Made by a program: the position numbers and the translations under genes. A stretch of DNA of 64,000 nucleotides from positions 99,822,001-99,886,000 of the forward strand of contig NC_086097.1 in the NCBI RefSeq assembly GCF_963921235.1, in the 5' to 3' direction. The stretch's first letter is position 1. Each line of letters opens with the position of its first letter. Shown piece after piece: positions 1 through 13,110 of this stretch. This stretch comes from Mobula hypostoma. Lineage: Eukaryota. Under the pieces are notes generated by a model. That model was not told the DNA's origin. It made no database searches and was given only the letters and a program-made list of their open reading frames with translations.

Positions 1-446
1 TGATTTCAGACCTCTGCCGCTTTGCGGCTGTACCCACTCATGGGGAAAGCTTTGGGAGTAAAGGCCGAGGAAAAATTCAAGGCTGGAGTCCTACGTTCAG
101 TTCAACGCTGACTGGCAACTCCTGCAATGATAGTGGTGTCAAACTGTATTGGTCTCTGCCACTACTTTGGAGTCATCAGCTGTGTGGAGAGGGGGAGCCT
201 GCTACATGGGCAACACCTGCTCTCCATATCATCTTGCCCAGGCTTGTCTATCACGTAGACAGCTGGGATGCAACATCCACGGTCAACCCCAACCAATGGA
301 GGGCCCCAATTCAAGAAAGGCCAGACTTAAGGCTGTATTCTCCTCTCACAGCTGAGATCGCTCTCCAGTACTCCCATTGTTCCAAGTTGAACCAGTTCCG
401 TACATTTTCCATGGATCCTACCACACTCCTCAGGAAAAGACCACAA

Positions 447-1625
447 GTCCATAAGATACAGGAATAGAATTAGGCCATTTGGCCCATCGAGTCTGTTCTA
501 CCATTTCACCATGGCTGATCCAATTTTCCTCTCAGCCCCAATCTGCCTTCTCCTCGTATCCCTTCATGCCCTGACAATCAACAATCAACTTCTGCCTTAG
601 ATATAAAGACTTGGATCCACAGCTGCCTGTGGCAAAGAATTCCACAGATTCACCCACTCTCTGGCTAAAGGAATTCCTCCTTCTCCGTTTTAAAAAGATG
701 TTCTATTTTTCTGAGGCTCCTCTGCTCTTAGATTCTTCCACCAGAGGAAACATCCTCTCCACATCCACACTATCAAGGCTTTCCACCATTTGATGGGTTT
801 CAATGAGGTCACCCCTTATTTTTCTGAATTCTAGTGAATACAGGCCGAGCCATCAAATGCAACAAGCCATCAATTCCGTCATCCAAATCATTGACATATA
901 ATGTAAAAAGAATCAGTCCCAACACAGACCCCTGTGGAGCACCACTATTCATCGGCGGCCAACCAAAAAGGAAGGGAACGTCCAGGGAGGGAGCGAGGGA
1001 ACGTCGACTCAGACCATGAGAGGCCTGCGTTGGGCATTTTCACGCCTTACAAGGCGCAGATTGGAAGTCTATGTGGGGCGCCACTCCTCGCACAGACTAG
1101 AGCAATGTGTGATTAAGTGCCTTGCTCAAGGGCACAAACACTCTGCCACAGCGGAGGCTCGAACTAGCGACCTTCAGATCACTAGACGAAAGCTTTAACC
1201 ACTTGGCCACGTGCCCAACACAAAAAAGGCTCCCTTTATTCCCATGCTTTGCCTCCTCCCATTCACTGACTGCTTTATGCATGCTAGAATCATTTTTGTC
1301 ATAGCATAGGCTCATAGCTTAAGCAGCCTCACGTGTGGCATCTTGTCAAAGGCCTTCTGAAAATCTAAGTACACAACATCAACCGATTCTCCGTTGCCTA
1401 TCCTGCTTGTTATTTCTTCAAGGAATTCCTATTTTACCACATACTTCCAAGTACCCAGAGTCCTCATCCTTAATAATTAACTCCAACATCTTCCCTACCA
1501 CTGAGATTAGACTAATTAGCCTATAGCCTCCTTTCTTTTACCCCTCTCCCTTCTTGAGAGTGGACTGACATTTGCAATTTCCAGTCTTTTGGAATCATTC
1601 CAGAATCTAGTGATTCTTGAAAGGT
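447..1625 (-). mobile_element. Degraded CR1/HER1-type LINE 3' part, interrupted by a SINE
   Basis: Reverse complement of the CR1 3' UTR and RT segments also seen at 55973-58071. Confidence 0.8.
972..1222 (-). mobile_element. tRNA-derived SINE with CORE-like segment
   Basis: Minus strand box A TGGCCAAGTGG, box B GTTCGAGCC, then GTGCCCTTGAGCAAGGCACTTAA; flanked by AAAAAGG direct repeats (965-971, 1223-1229). Confidence 0.8.
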
Positions 1626-2254
1626 CCAGTGCCAAGGTTGATTTTGGCCTCTGTTATTGTGACTGAATGCAGCTGTTTTGAACTGAGTGGATTTTCACAC
1701 CATTACAGCGGACAGGCAAGAGCTGATCAACTGGTATGCACCTGGAATTACAATTAAGCCAAACTGATTAGAGCAGATTTCTTTTTCCTCTGGGAACATG
1801 AGTGAGTAAAAATGGCTTTTAATAAGCCGTTATATAGTGCACATACACTAGCAGTTATAAACAAATCCACACTTTTAACCTAAATTTAATTTCCACATCT
1901 GCCACATTGGGATTTATAATTGTCTCGCAAGTTAATTCAAGCCTCTGGATTCTTTACCCAGTAATCTAACCACAGTGTAAAATTTGGTATTATACATAAT
2001 GCTTATTTAATACCACCATAATGCATAATTACACAGAACCCAATCTTATTGCACTTTAAATTTATAAATATTATCAAGTTCTGATGAAAGGTCATTCACA
2101 CCATTTCTCTCCTCACAAACATTGACTCACCTGTTGAATATCTACAGCATTAACTTTTTCAGTTCAAATATCAAGTCAGCATTTTAAAAAAGAACACTTC
2201 AAATATTGCTTAAGTTTTTGAATATAAATGGGAAAAAATAAAAATCCAACCTAC

Positions 2255-2415
2255 TCCATTGACTCCTTTCTTTTTGGCCTTCCATTCATCCAGCTGGGCT
2301 TTGGTCTTTGCATCTACTTTTACAAGCAGCTTTTTGTCTCCTACTTGGAGTTCATGCAATAACCTTAAAGCTCGCAGAGTAGATTCTGGCTCCTTATACT
2401 CACAAAATCCGAATG
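2255..2415 (-). CDS. RBM25: RBM25 exon 6: AFGFCEYKEPESTLRALRLLHELQVGDKKLLVKVDAKTKAQLDEWKAKKKGVNG
   Basis: CTAG| acceptor, |GTAGGT donor, 161 nt; RNP1 motif AFGFCEY; later exons lie outside the window. Confidence 0.95.
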
Positions 2416-2727
2416 CTAGAGAAACAACAGATGTATTAACACAAGCAATATATGACATTTGGATTTTAAGTTGTTAAAACTACAATAATTTCACTGCCCA
2501 GTTATCCGCAGTACCTCCAAAAAGTTTCTGAAATCACAGAATTGAAATGAGAAATGCACACTTTTCATATCAAGATTAAACAGCAATCCTTTGATATTTT
2601 GATATAAGAAAGTTCAATTAATGCATTTCCACAATAACTGAATCTCTGGAGCACATCTTTGATTTACAAACCTATTTGTCATCCAAGCAGCATTTAATGG
2701 AATACACGGGAACAAAATCTTCAACTG

Positions 2728-3600
2728 AGGGTGACTTGGATAGGTTGGGTGAGTGGGCAAACTCATGGCAGATGCAATTTAATGTGGATAAATGTGAAGT
2801 TATCCACTTTGGTGGCAAAAATAGGAAAACAGATTATTATCTGAATGGTGGCCGATTAGGAAAAGGGGAGGTGCAACGAGACCTGGGTGTCATTATACAC
2901 CAGTCATTGAAAGTGGGCATGCAGGTACAGCAGGCGGTGAAAAAGGCGAACGGTATGCTGGCATTTATAGCGAGAGGATTCGAGTACAGGAGCAGGGAGG
3001 TACTACTGCAGTTGTACAAGGCCTTGGTGAGACCACACCTGGAGTATTGTGTGCAGTTTTGGTCTCCTAATCTGAGGAAAGACATCTTTGCCATAGAGGG
3101 AGTACAAAGAAGGTTCACCAGATTGATTCCTGGGATGGCAGGTCTTTCATATGAAGAAAGACTGGATGAACTGGGCTTGTACTCGTTGGAATTTAGAAGA
3201 TTGAGGGGGGATCTGATTGAAACGTATAAGATCCTAAAGGGATTGGACAGGCTAGATGCGGGAAGATTGTTCCCGATGTTGGGGAGGTCTAGAACGAGGG
3301 GTCACAGTTTGAGGATAGAGGGGAAGCCTTTTAGGACCGAGGTTAGGAAAAACTTCTTCACACAGAGAGTGGTGAATCTGTGGAATTCTCTGCCACAGCA
3401 AACTGTTGAGGCCAGTTCATTAGCTATGTTTAAAAGGAAGTTAGATATGGCCCTTGTGGCTACAGGGGTCAGGGGGTATGGAGGGAAGGCTGGGTTCTGA
3501 GTTGGATGATCAGCCATGATCATAATAAATGGCGGTGCAGGCTCAAAGGGCCGAATGGCCTACTCCTGCACCTATTTTCTATGTTTCTATGTTTCTATGT
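2728..3600 (+). mobile_element. Young 5'-truncated CR1 LINE (end of ORF2 plus 3' UTR)
   Basis: Open frame with LVRPHLEYCVQFWSP and RRLRGDLIETYKI; (TTTCTATG)n tail; near-identical to 55973-58071. Confidence 0.95.
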
Positions 3601-5193
3601 AATGCACAAAACTGGAAATAATGTTTGTGTCACTTGAAGGAAGATACAGGTGCTGCACCTGGGATCAGTACTGGAATCTGTGCTCAAAATATTACACCTC
3701 CTCGTTGACAGCAAGCCAAAAGATTGTGCACATGAATACAAACCTGGGCTGACACTTCAATATGCTGTTGTAGGAAGTACTGTCTTTTAGATGCAGCCTA
3801 TCATATAATTTTAACCAATTATTTGCTCAATTTGCTAAATGACAGGGCTTGGTAATTAAACACCAAGATGTGGTTTAAAGTGAGTAACCTAGATGTCACT
3901 TAATTTAATGTTAACATTTGCAAGTAACACTAATTTCATAACACAAATGTTAAAATCAAAACATGAGTGAAGTAACAAACTCCAGCTGTCAGACACATGG
4001 CAGATAAAAGTATGAACCAAGTTATTATGGTGAGGAAAATAAGAAAAAGCTTAAATAGTACAAAGTGGAATGAAGCTGCAGAAAGACCTACTTGATTCTA
4101 AAAAGAAAAGGCAATCCAAGAAAGCTATTGAAACTATATGGAATTCTAGGCTATGCTAAGATTTTCATAAAATATCTGACCTCAGGCAGAGCATTCGCTC
4201 AATTTTTTTGAGTACCGCCATCAGAAAGGGTACAAAGGAGTTTTCCTGTTTTGCTACCTATTAGCAGCAACTGGAGAGGTTCAGAGCAAATGAGCTTCTG
4301 ATAAAAATATGTAATGTGCAAAATCATTTAATTTTAACAGTGTAATAATGTAGAAATATTTCCAGTGGCAAGAGTTGGGAACCAAAGCAGGAATAAGAGG
4401 CAACAAGAGAAAAAGTTTCTCAAGAGATTTTTCTCAATTATGATCTGAAATGCAAAAAGAGGGATAAGCACATTTTTAGTTCTAACACTCTGAAGTAAAT
4501 GGGAGGGTTGAAATCTACAGAACTAGAGGAACTATGCAGGGACGGCATAACAATGTTATACCTTCTTTACAAATTCCACACATTTTGCTTCACACAGAAA
4601 CGAAGATAAATTACGGATAATATTTTCCACTCTATTTGCCAGTAATTAAATTTGCCCTTCGCCATAGGTTATACTTTGCTTATTAAGTTGCTGACAGACA
4701 TTCTGAGAAGGCAACTGGATCTAACCAACAGCATTTGACATTGAAATTAAAGTCTTGCGTACACATTTCAGTGAAGTACTTTTTAAAACAAATAATAAGA
4801 TTCCTATGGTAGAAATATAGCTATTAAAACCTGATATGAGAAACATTCAAGCTGGTGAAACGTTGGTTCGAGTCACTGCCTCTGAGTTCCAATGCTCTTG
4901 GAGATGTTATCGAAATTCTGAGATTTATGGATTGGACTGTAGTTCATTGGCCTCTTTTAGTTCTATTTTTTCCCCCGTGTTCATTGTTTCTGTGGCCAAT
5001 TGGGGTTTGGGGTTTGATGTTTCTCCATGTGGGTTTTGTGCACGGAAGGAGGTTTGGGGGAGGGGGGATGAATGTCTTTATTTCAACTACTATTCTGGTG
5101 CTCTGCATTTTATGACTGTCTGGAGAAGACAAACCTCAGATCTATTCTCCATACATACTTAAATAATAAAATGAAACTTTGAACTCTACTTAC

Positions 5194-5251
5194 CTTGCAA
5201 CTTGCCTGAAGCTCCTTGTACTCTCTTCCAACTTAAAACCAAGCCACATTT
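5194..5251 (-). CDS. RBM25: RBM25 exon 5: KCGLVLSWKRVQGASGKLQ
   Basis: CAG| acceptor, G|GTAAGT donor, 58 nt; matches the RBM25 RRM segment. Confidence 0.96.
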
Positions 5252-5614
5252 CTGTAAATTGGGAGAATTATTGCAATAAATGCCACAAAGTAAATTCAAT
5301 TGAATGTTTGTTTGTTTTTAAATAAAATGTCACTAAAGATGAACAGTGACACACTTTAACATGACCAGCATAAAAAAACAGAACACAAGCACTGAAAAAG
5401 TTGAGATGGGCGAGTGGGGAAGAAGGAAGGTGGGAGAACCAAGCATCAGAGAAAAGAGCTATAGGATTAAATGCTCATATTTCCATTAGAGGCTGCTGAA
5501 GACCTCCAGATATGGTTCTAACCATTGTATAATTTTGTATGTTTCACCACTTTTTAGGGCTGAAGCTGAGTGAAGCAGTTGGTATACAACTAGCTGTGGT
5601 GTGTAATGAGACTG

Positions 5615-5698
5615 CAGACATCCCGCCCTGCAAAAACTGATTTCAGGGAGGTAGCACCATCAATTTGCGGGAGACTTCCGGGAGAGGTAGGATGTCTG
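5615..5698. mobile_element. 84-bp MITE
   Basis: TIRs CAGACATCC / GGATGTCTG; AGACTG direct repeat at 5609-5614 and 5699-5704. Confidence 0.7.
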
Positions 5699-6989
5699 AG
5701 ACTGTGAGGAAAGTCAGGCAGTTGATAGGACAAATTCCAGTCAGGGGATGAGCTGCAGTGTGTAAGTGTGGGGGGAAAAAAATCGAAAAGGGTGACGGAT
5801 ACAGGACTGCAGGCGTTACATTTGAATACACGCAGCATACAGAATAAAGTAACAGTTATGATAGGTATGACATTGTAGGCATCACTGAGATGCGGCTGAA
5901 AAAAGATCTTAATTGGAAGCTTAACATCCCAGAATACACATTGTATCAAAAGGACAGACACGTAGGCATAGGGGGTGAGGTCACTATTGGTGCCAATTGA
6001 ACTCCCAATCCAACTATTGGTTAATTGATGAAAGTAGGCCTTTTTCTTACCTTATCAATCACAATGAAGCAATTAAGTTCTTTGACACTTGCCAAGCTGC
6101 TCTTCCCACAGGTTAGAAGCAGCACAGATTACCTGGTCAGCCTATCTGAATGATATGGAATAGAAAGCTGTTGAGCACTGGCCCCAAGAAAGGCAAGTGG
6201 CTGGCGGACAGGCAACAGGCAGAGCACTACAAACCCCAGAGAAAGGGACTCCCAGAGACAGGCAGGAGGGGGACAAGGAGAGATGGGATGGGGAAATTCG
6301 TGAAATTGTCAATAATCTTGAAAGCACATAAAAGTAAACTTTTCTTCAGTTAATCAGAAAGCTGATGCAAGCAAGTTCACAGAAGTAGCCATTGAGGTTG
6401 TCAGAGCATGATGTGCATGATATAACATGGATTTACTACATTGACCTTCCTGATCTGGTTAAAAGAACATGCCTCTTTGGATGCTAATATACACATATCA
6501 GGGCAAGTCCTCCATGATGCTGAGCTCTATACCCATGTCAAAACAAAAATTTCCTTGCATCCTCTACTTTAAATGGTTTAACTCTCCATGTTCCAACCTA
6601 CATCCCTGGTGTGGGTCTGAAACAAACTGTTTTAAAGCATGAAATATCTTTGCAACATGCACACACCCACCCAAACACTTCATTTAGTTTGAATGATGAC
6701 TTGCCAGACTGGCAGAGATCACTGAAATATACTGCCCAGACTTTGTGCCCACTACCTTCTGCTATATGCTTCACAGACTAATTTGCAAAGCACCCATATT
6801 AACAACAAATATTCTGTTATACAGCTCACCAACAATAAATATTTAGGCTCATAAATAAATAATTTACCTAGACCAAAGACTGTGATGTTGAATCATACTC
6901 CACCACATTAAACCAACTTAGAAAGGAAGGAAGGAAGGAAAAATATTTAGAAGTTACATACATTACAGAAGGATGAAATGCAAACTTAC

Positions 6990-7160
6990 CGCCAGTAACT
7001 GCCTGATTAACATATCAGAAGCTTTCTCAGAAATGTTGCCTACAAAAACTGTTGTAGTCGGACCACTGCTTTCATCACTTTCACGATTCCTTTGAGCAGC
7101 ATGGTCCTTCCTTGGTCCAATGTGCTTTCCAACCAGAGGCACAGAGGTTGGCACCAATAC
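6990..7160 (-). CDS. RBM25: RBM25 exon 4: VLVPTSVPLVGKH...PTTTVFVGNISEKASDMLIRQLLA (start of RRM)
   Basis: TAG| acceptor, |GTAAGT donor, 171 nt; RNP2 motif VFVGNI. Confidence 0.96.
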
Positions 7161-7934
7161 CTATGTAAAACACTGGAATGTTTTAATCCGTTATCCCAAA
7201 TAAGAAAAGTGCTATAGATGACCCTGTTGTATTCTTGCAAAGCAACAGCATTAGTTGAGTTCATTATAAACAGAGATGCCAGTAGTATGGAGCTATTGAT
7301 CTTGCAAAGTCCACGTGAGATTATGTTCCTGTTCAAATTTCAATGTTATATTAACATAATCTGTGTTTTTTTTTCATTTAAACATTACACTAAACCACAA
7401 CATACTGTAAATAGGGAAGTTTACACAAAATGGTGGAAATGTCAAAAAAATGTCAATTTGACAGCCAAACACGATAAAGTTCACGATGTAAACATAGATT
7501 CTATTGATCTAAAATTAACTTTAGAACATGGCAGAACACAGCCGTGCTCAAGTAGTTTCTATTGAAATGGTTGCTATTGTCAATCACACAAAGCTTTTTT
7601 CTTTATCACAAGACCCACTGCTGTTTGCACACCAGCATGGATGCTCCATTCTTTCTCAACTCAACAATCCAGAGTTGCAGAAAAGATATTAACAAAAACA
7701 AAAGAAAATAAATAAAAGAATACCAGAAGAAAGATGCAGAGTGGAGAGGAAGTGACAAAGCCAAAATTTGAAGGGAGAAAATAAACTGAAGGCAGCAAGC
7801 AAAGTGAACAAGTGAAACAGAGGAGCTAAATGACAACAGGCAAAGGATTAGGAAACAGGTATTCACGAACTGAATTATCACAAGAATGATGTGGCAAATG
7901 GTTGAGAAAAAAATATTAAGGACCACAAATTGGA

Positions 7935-9300
7935 GGTGCAAAAAAACTGCAGATGCTGTAACCTGTAACAAGAATTCAGTAGTTCAGGCATTATCCACAG
8001 AGGCAGAGATCGACAGTATTTAGACACTGAATCAGGGCTGAGAGGGTATAAGGTGAGGGGAAGGAATGAGGTAGAAGGCAGATGATAAGTATGAACAAGA
8101 GAGGTAGTGGTGGTGGTGGTGGGCTGGTGCAGCCAGTTGGGGAAGGTGGAATGGAATCAGGAGACAATGGTTAGTGGGTAGGAAAGTGAAAGGGCTGCAG
8201 AAGGACCCGATCAGAAAGGAGAGTGGACCATGGGAGACAGGGAAGGATGAGTGTACTGGGGAAGGTGACAGGCGAAGAGATGAGAGAAGAGCCAGAGTGG
8301 AAAACTGAAGAAGGGCTAAATTGAGGATAAACTGTTTATTGAGGATAAATAAATTGGAAAAATCAATGCTCATGCCATCAGGTTGGAGTCTACCCAGATG
8401 GAATACAAGTTGTTGCTCCTCCACCTGATAGTAGCATGATTGTGTCAAAAGAGGCCATGGACCAAGATGTTGGGATGGGAATGGGGATAGGAATTTAAAT
8501 GGTTGGCCACCGGGAAAATCCACTTTTGGCAGATGGAGCTGAGGTGTTCGACAAAGCAGTTCCCCACCTTACGCTGGATCTCACCAATGCAGAGCAGGCT
8601 AGCTTGGGAGCACCGAATACAATAGATATGCAGGTGAAATGTTGACTCACCTGGAAGGACTGTTTGGGGTCCTGAATGGTGGCAAAGGAAGAGGTGAATG
8701 GGCAGATGTAGCATTTCTGTAACTTGCAGGTTAATTTGCCAAAGGGGAAATTAATGGGAAGGGCCAAATTGGCGAGGGTGTCATGAGGGAGTGATCCCTG
8801 TGAAAAGCAGAGAGTGGTGGGGGGAGAAGATGGGGTGAGCGCAGATGTCTGGGAAATGGAGGACATGCAGGTGAGGGCAGCATCAACGGTGAAGGAAGGG
8901 AAACCCCATCCTTTGAAGCAGAACATCTCTGATTTCCTGGAAAGGAAAGCCTCATCTTAGGAACAGATGTGGCAGAGGTGAAGGAACTGAGAAAAGGGAA
9001 TAGCAAAAGCTGCAGATTTTGGAATCTTATCGATCAAGCTGTTGATAAGTGGAATCAGACAAGGGAGGGATGATGGGCAGATGAAGCTAGTTGGGAAAGA
9101 TAGGAACCAGCGAGCAGTGTGTGGTAGATGGGTAGAAAGAATCGGGTGGGGGAGGAGAACAAAACTGGGATTGTGTGGCATTAGCAGAGTAGAGGTTATC
9201 TGGACTGGGAAGTTGATGAGCTGGAATAAGAGATGAGGTGCTGTTCTTCTAATTTGTGTTTGGCTTTGAAACAGCAGCAAAGGCCAAAAGGTAGTATACC
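7935..9300 (-). mobile_element. Degraded Penelope-like element fragments (GIY-YIG region and pyrimidine-rich tail)
   Basis: Translation IYCIRCSQASLLCIGEIQRKVGNCFVEHL; homologous to 42200-43290. Confidence 0.85.
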
Positions 9301-10585
9301 CCTTGGAGAAAAAAAAACTGTGCATCTCAACCAGCATGACATCTTAATTCCAAAGGTTAACATACAAAGAATGCTTATGCAAAGTATTGCCTTTGCAGAT
9401 TATGGAGCAATAGGTTTCCAGGGTATTAACAGGAGCATAGAACAAAAACTTAAAGGCACATCTTTTGAGAGTAAAGTTCGAAAGTACATGTTAAGATGGT
9501 GGAAGCATAAAATTCTTCCACATACAGTATTTGATACAAGATCATATTTACACAGATTTGCTAACATACTTAATAGAGTAATGGTAAACAGAAATGGGTT
9601 ACATCAGCCACGGTCTCATCAAATGGTGCAACATGTTAAGAGGCTTAATGGCTACCCGTTCCCTCCACTAGATGCAAGTATATGCAGCCAGCTTAAGTCA
9701 ATAGTGTCTATAAAACATTCCCAAAAAGAACATAATATTTCATAAAATATGGGAAAGGGAGAAATCAGGATGACAAATTGTTGTGGCAAAAAAAAGTTAC
9801 AATGTAATGTTTCTAGTACAAAATTAGCTGTTCATTGCTAGTGCAGATGGTCATGCTGTCCCAGGTAACAACATTGCAGACTGTAGATAATCAGGAACTA
9901 AACATGCAGGCTTCCAATTCTAGCTATAATGCCAATGACCCATTAGAAACTGCACAGCTGTGGACATTAGGCAACTGCAGGGATGGATTTAGTAAAGTTT
10001 TCCATTATATTACATACTCCCATTAAGAGAAGTGTTTATACCTGCACAATAAATCAAAATAAAGTCATGGCTACCATTGTAAAATAGAGAAATGTGCTTA
10101 AAATAAATAGCAAAAATATAACATTTGTTTCATTTGGATTTACATTATTGCAACTTTTAAAATGTAATTTTAAAATATGGTGCCATCAGGTTCTCCACCC
10201 TATTGTCGTATTTTGAAGTTAAAACAGTACTTTTTTTCCAATGACTGATTACACTACTGCTGCTAAATCTGTTCTTCCAGTTGCTGTAATCACCGAACTC
10301 ACTTATACATGCTTAAATGCTCCCTGCTTCGCTCATTCACTTCGTAAGCATACGCAGCTAGAAAGCCCACTGTTTTTTTTGTAGATTAAACATATTTGGC
10401 ATAATGCTATGGGATGCTCATAACCACCATGTGAATTCTCCAAATTCAGCATGAGTGTCTGGGATAGCACTGAAAATTAATGGCAAGCCTTGGGACACAG
10501 GAAAAGAAAATATGGGAAATGTTTTCATATAATTCTTAATGTTTAGTTATATACTGCCACTGGCAGTGGTCCCATAACAGGTTAC

Positions 10586-10633
10586 CTGTTTGCCCTCTGT
10601 TGGGCAACGGTTCATGGTGTACAGCATGGAGAC
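10586..10633 (-). other. RBM25: Candidate alternative cassette exon in RBM25 intron 3 (48 nt, in-frame VSMLYTMNRCPTEGKQ)
   Basis: Long polypyrimidine acceptor ending TTTTCAG| and donor CAG|GTAACC, in repeat-poor intron sequence. Confidence 0.55.
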
Positions 10634-10769
10634 CTGAAAAGGGGGAGGGAGACAACAACAGTAATAAATACATCTTACAGAAACATGGGATTCAGTTGTC
10701 ACATATGGAAGACACTTAAAAATGACACTTCAATTTTAAATTTAATGTTTCTAATTTTCATGCACTTAC

Positions 10770-10869
10770 AGATGAAGGAATACGCCAAGCAAAAGTCCCA
10801 GATAACCCACACTGAATTTGGAACCATCTCATGATGGTTATAGGCTTATTTTGAAGCAAATATTCTTAA
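10770..10869 (-). other. RBM25: Candidate 100-nt poison exon in RBM25 intron 3
   Basis: TTTTTCACAG| acceptor, |GTAAGTGCATG donor, in-frame TAA at 10846-10848. Confidence 0.4.
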
Positions 10870-12859
10870 CTGTGAAAAATTTACAACTGTTTTATGTTGG
10901 ACTTCAATATCATTCTTCACAAAAACATTTTTGGTTGAACACTTACACAAGTTTGGACGACCAGATTTTATGAGAATTTGTTTTAAGAAAAACACTTTAA
11001 ACCTTAAACAGTAGGCCACACAGCTCTCCTATTCATACAATCATGGCTGAACTTCAAAATTAATTCAACATTCTCACTGTCCCATCATCCCTTGATATGC
11101 CCAGAGCTTTCAGGTTTATTCTTTGCACTGAATACATTCCATAAATGAACACCAACACAAAACCCTGAAGCAAAATATTCCCAAAACACTTCACTGAGAA
11201 ACCTTGACGAGCTGTTATGAGAAAAAGCAATACTGAAACTACCTGGGACACTATTTTTTAATACTTCCCCAAGTCCTTCAAGAATTTAGTAACTTAACAA
11301 TTTTCCCCTCCCTATCTTGATACTTCAGACAATAAAGACGTCATTAAAAAGCCTTCTTGCTCCAACATGATTATTTTAATTTCAGGATTACTTAAAATAA
11401 AAACAATGTGCTTTGCATTTTTAGTTTAATGGCTAAATATCAGTCATATGCACCAGCTTCAGTTTAGATTAAATCTAAGTATTTTTTCCTCGAACTAGAT
11501 GATGCAAATCCCCTCAGGAACAGTAGGATATCCTAATACCAATTATAACTGCATGTAAGCATTTTATGATCAAACTGCTGCAAGGAGCAACAATCCAACA
11601 AGGATTCAATGCTTTCAGAAGAGGCAAGAAAATGGTTGCAAAAAGAAAACAATTATTGCTACCTCTCAAAAGTAAGAGATAACATTATCCCTGGGTGAAG
11701 TTTATCATTAATTTTCTATGCCTGGATCAGATAAATTCTCCACAAATAAACATTAGCACTGTCCAAAAAAAAACCTGACATTTTGTTTTGTATATCCCTT
11801 GTAAATTTTTGTGTAGCGGCATTATTTGAAATGACAACCCAATTAATACAGAACAAACATCACTTTCTAAATATTGGTCAACATGAAATGGTGACCCTCA
11901 CTAAATACCTATAAACTTATGATCTACTACAAACCAAATCATGCAAAAATAAGCTTATTAATAGCCAACAAGATTTTTATTCACAAGTTTATTAAAAAAA
12001 ATTTGCGCTAGCAGAGCTGGATTTTTAAAATCTTGATTAAAATTCTCACATTAATTGGCTTGAAGGAATATTATTAGCTATCTCTACAGAGCTGGAGGTA
12101 AACATTCATATTCCCTACATGGAGAACTGAACATAACCTTTAAAATGGTGGCTGAAGCACGAGTGTTCCTCAAAAGCAGTTTAAAAAAAAAAATCACTCA
12201 GCAGATGATGATTTTATTCCTACGTTACCACAGTTGGGAAGGGAGGGCTGTCAACTGGAAATTTCAAAAGTGAAGGCTTGAAATACAGTAATTTTCCACT
12301 ACCATTTTGATGCACATGTTCATTCAGTTCTGAACAAAAGTATAAGGCTGAACTTCAAGCATTTTCACTATTTGTCTTTTAAAGAAATCTGAAAAGAGGT
12401 ATGTTTTTGTGTTCGTGAATGTCAAACATCAACAATTAATATCTTTTGATTGTCTGGATGTTCAGGGCAGGGCCTATTTTGACACAATGTAATTGGATTG
12501 ACACCGAAAAGGCACAACATTTGGGATGTAGGCATTCAGCTGCAGTACAACAGTTGCAGACGCTGAGTAATGAGCACCTCAAAGTTTTGGGCCTGATATA
12601 CACAACTACAAGTGTGGATGGCTTCCTGCAGCTAGCTGGATTACAGAGATCTGGGGAGAGATTAAAGAAGACCTCAAAAACATATAATATCTATTTACTG
12701 CTAGTGCCTATCTTTGTGAGATTGACAAAGAAAATTTACTTCACAGCTGACAAATAATGCAGGAGGACAATTGTTGATTGACTAGGAATTGGCATTAGTC
12801 TTCGGGAAGGTGAACCTCTACAACTGAACTTCATCAAAACTGTGATGAACTGCTTTATA

Positions 12860-13110
12860 AGAAATCACAGACACAAAGTGCTGGAAGAACTCAGTGGGCC
12901 AGGCAGCATTTACAGAGGAAAATGAAGAGTTTGAGTTTTGTGCAATGATCAGGACTGGAAAAGGAGGGGCCCACAATAAAAGTAGGGGGAGGAAGAGGAT
13001 CAACAACTGACTGGCAGGAGGACAGAGCAGGGGAGTAAAAAGGGAATAATGTGAGAAGCTAGGTGATAGGGTGGGAAGGCAAAGGGCTGAAGGAGGAATA
13101 TGATTAAGAG
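12860..13110 (-). mobile_element. PLE 3' tail fragment
   Basis: GTGCTGGAAGAACTCAGTGGGCCAGGCAGCATTTA, reverse complement of the PLE tail. Confidence 0.7.

Noticed and set aside
1130..1215. tRNA gene
   Set aside because: Only box A/B of a SINE head, continuing into SINE body; no full cloverleaf
9233..9745. 170-aa plus-strand ORF
   Set aside because: Starts in a PLE remnant, lies antisense within an intron, and has no recognisable domain or splice structure
10240..10480. Intronic snoRNA
   Set aside because: Could not identify properly placed C/D or H/ACA boxes with supporting stems
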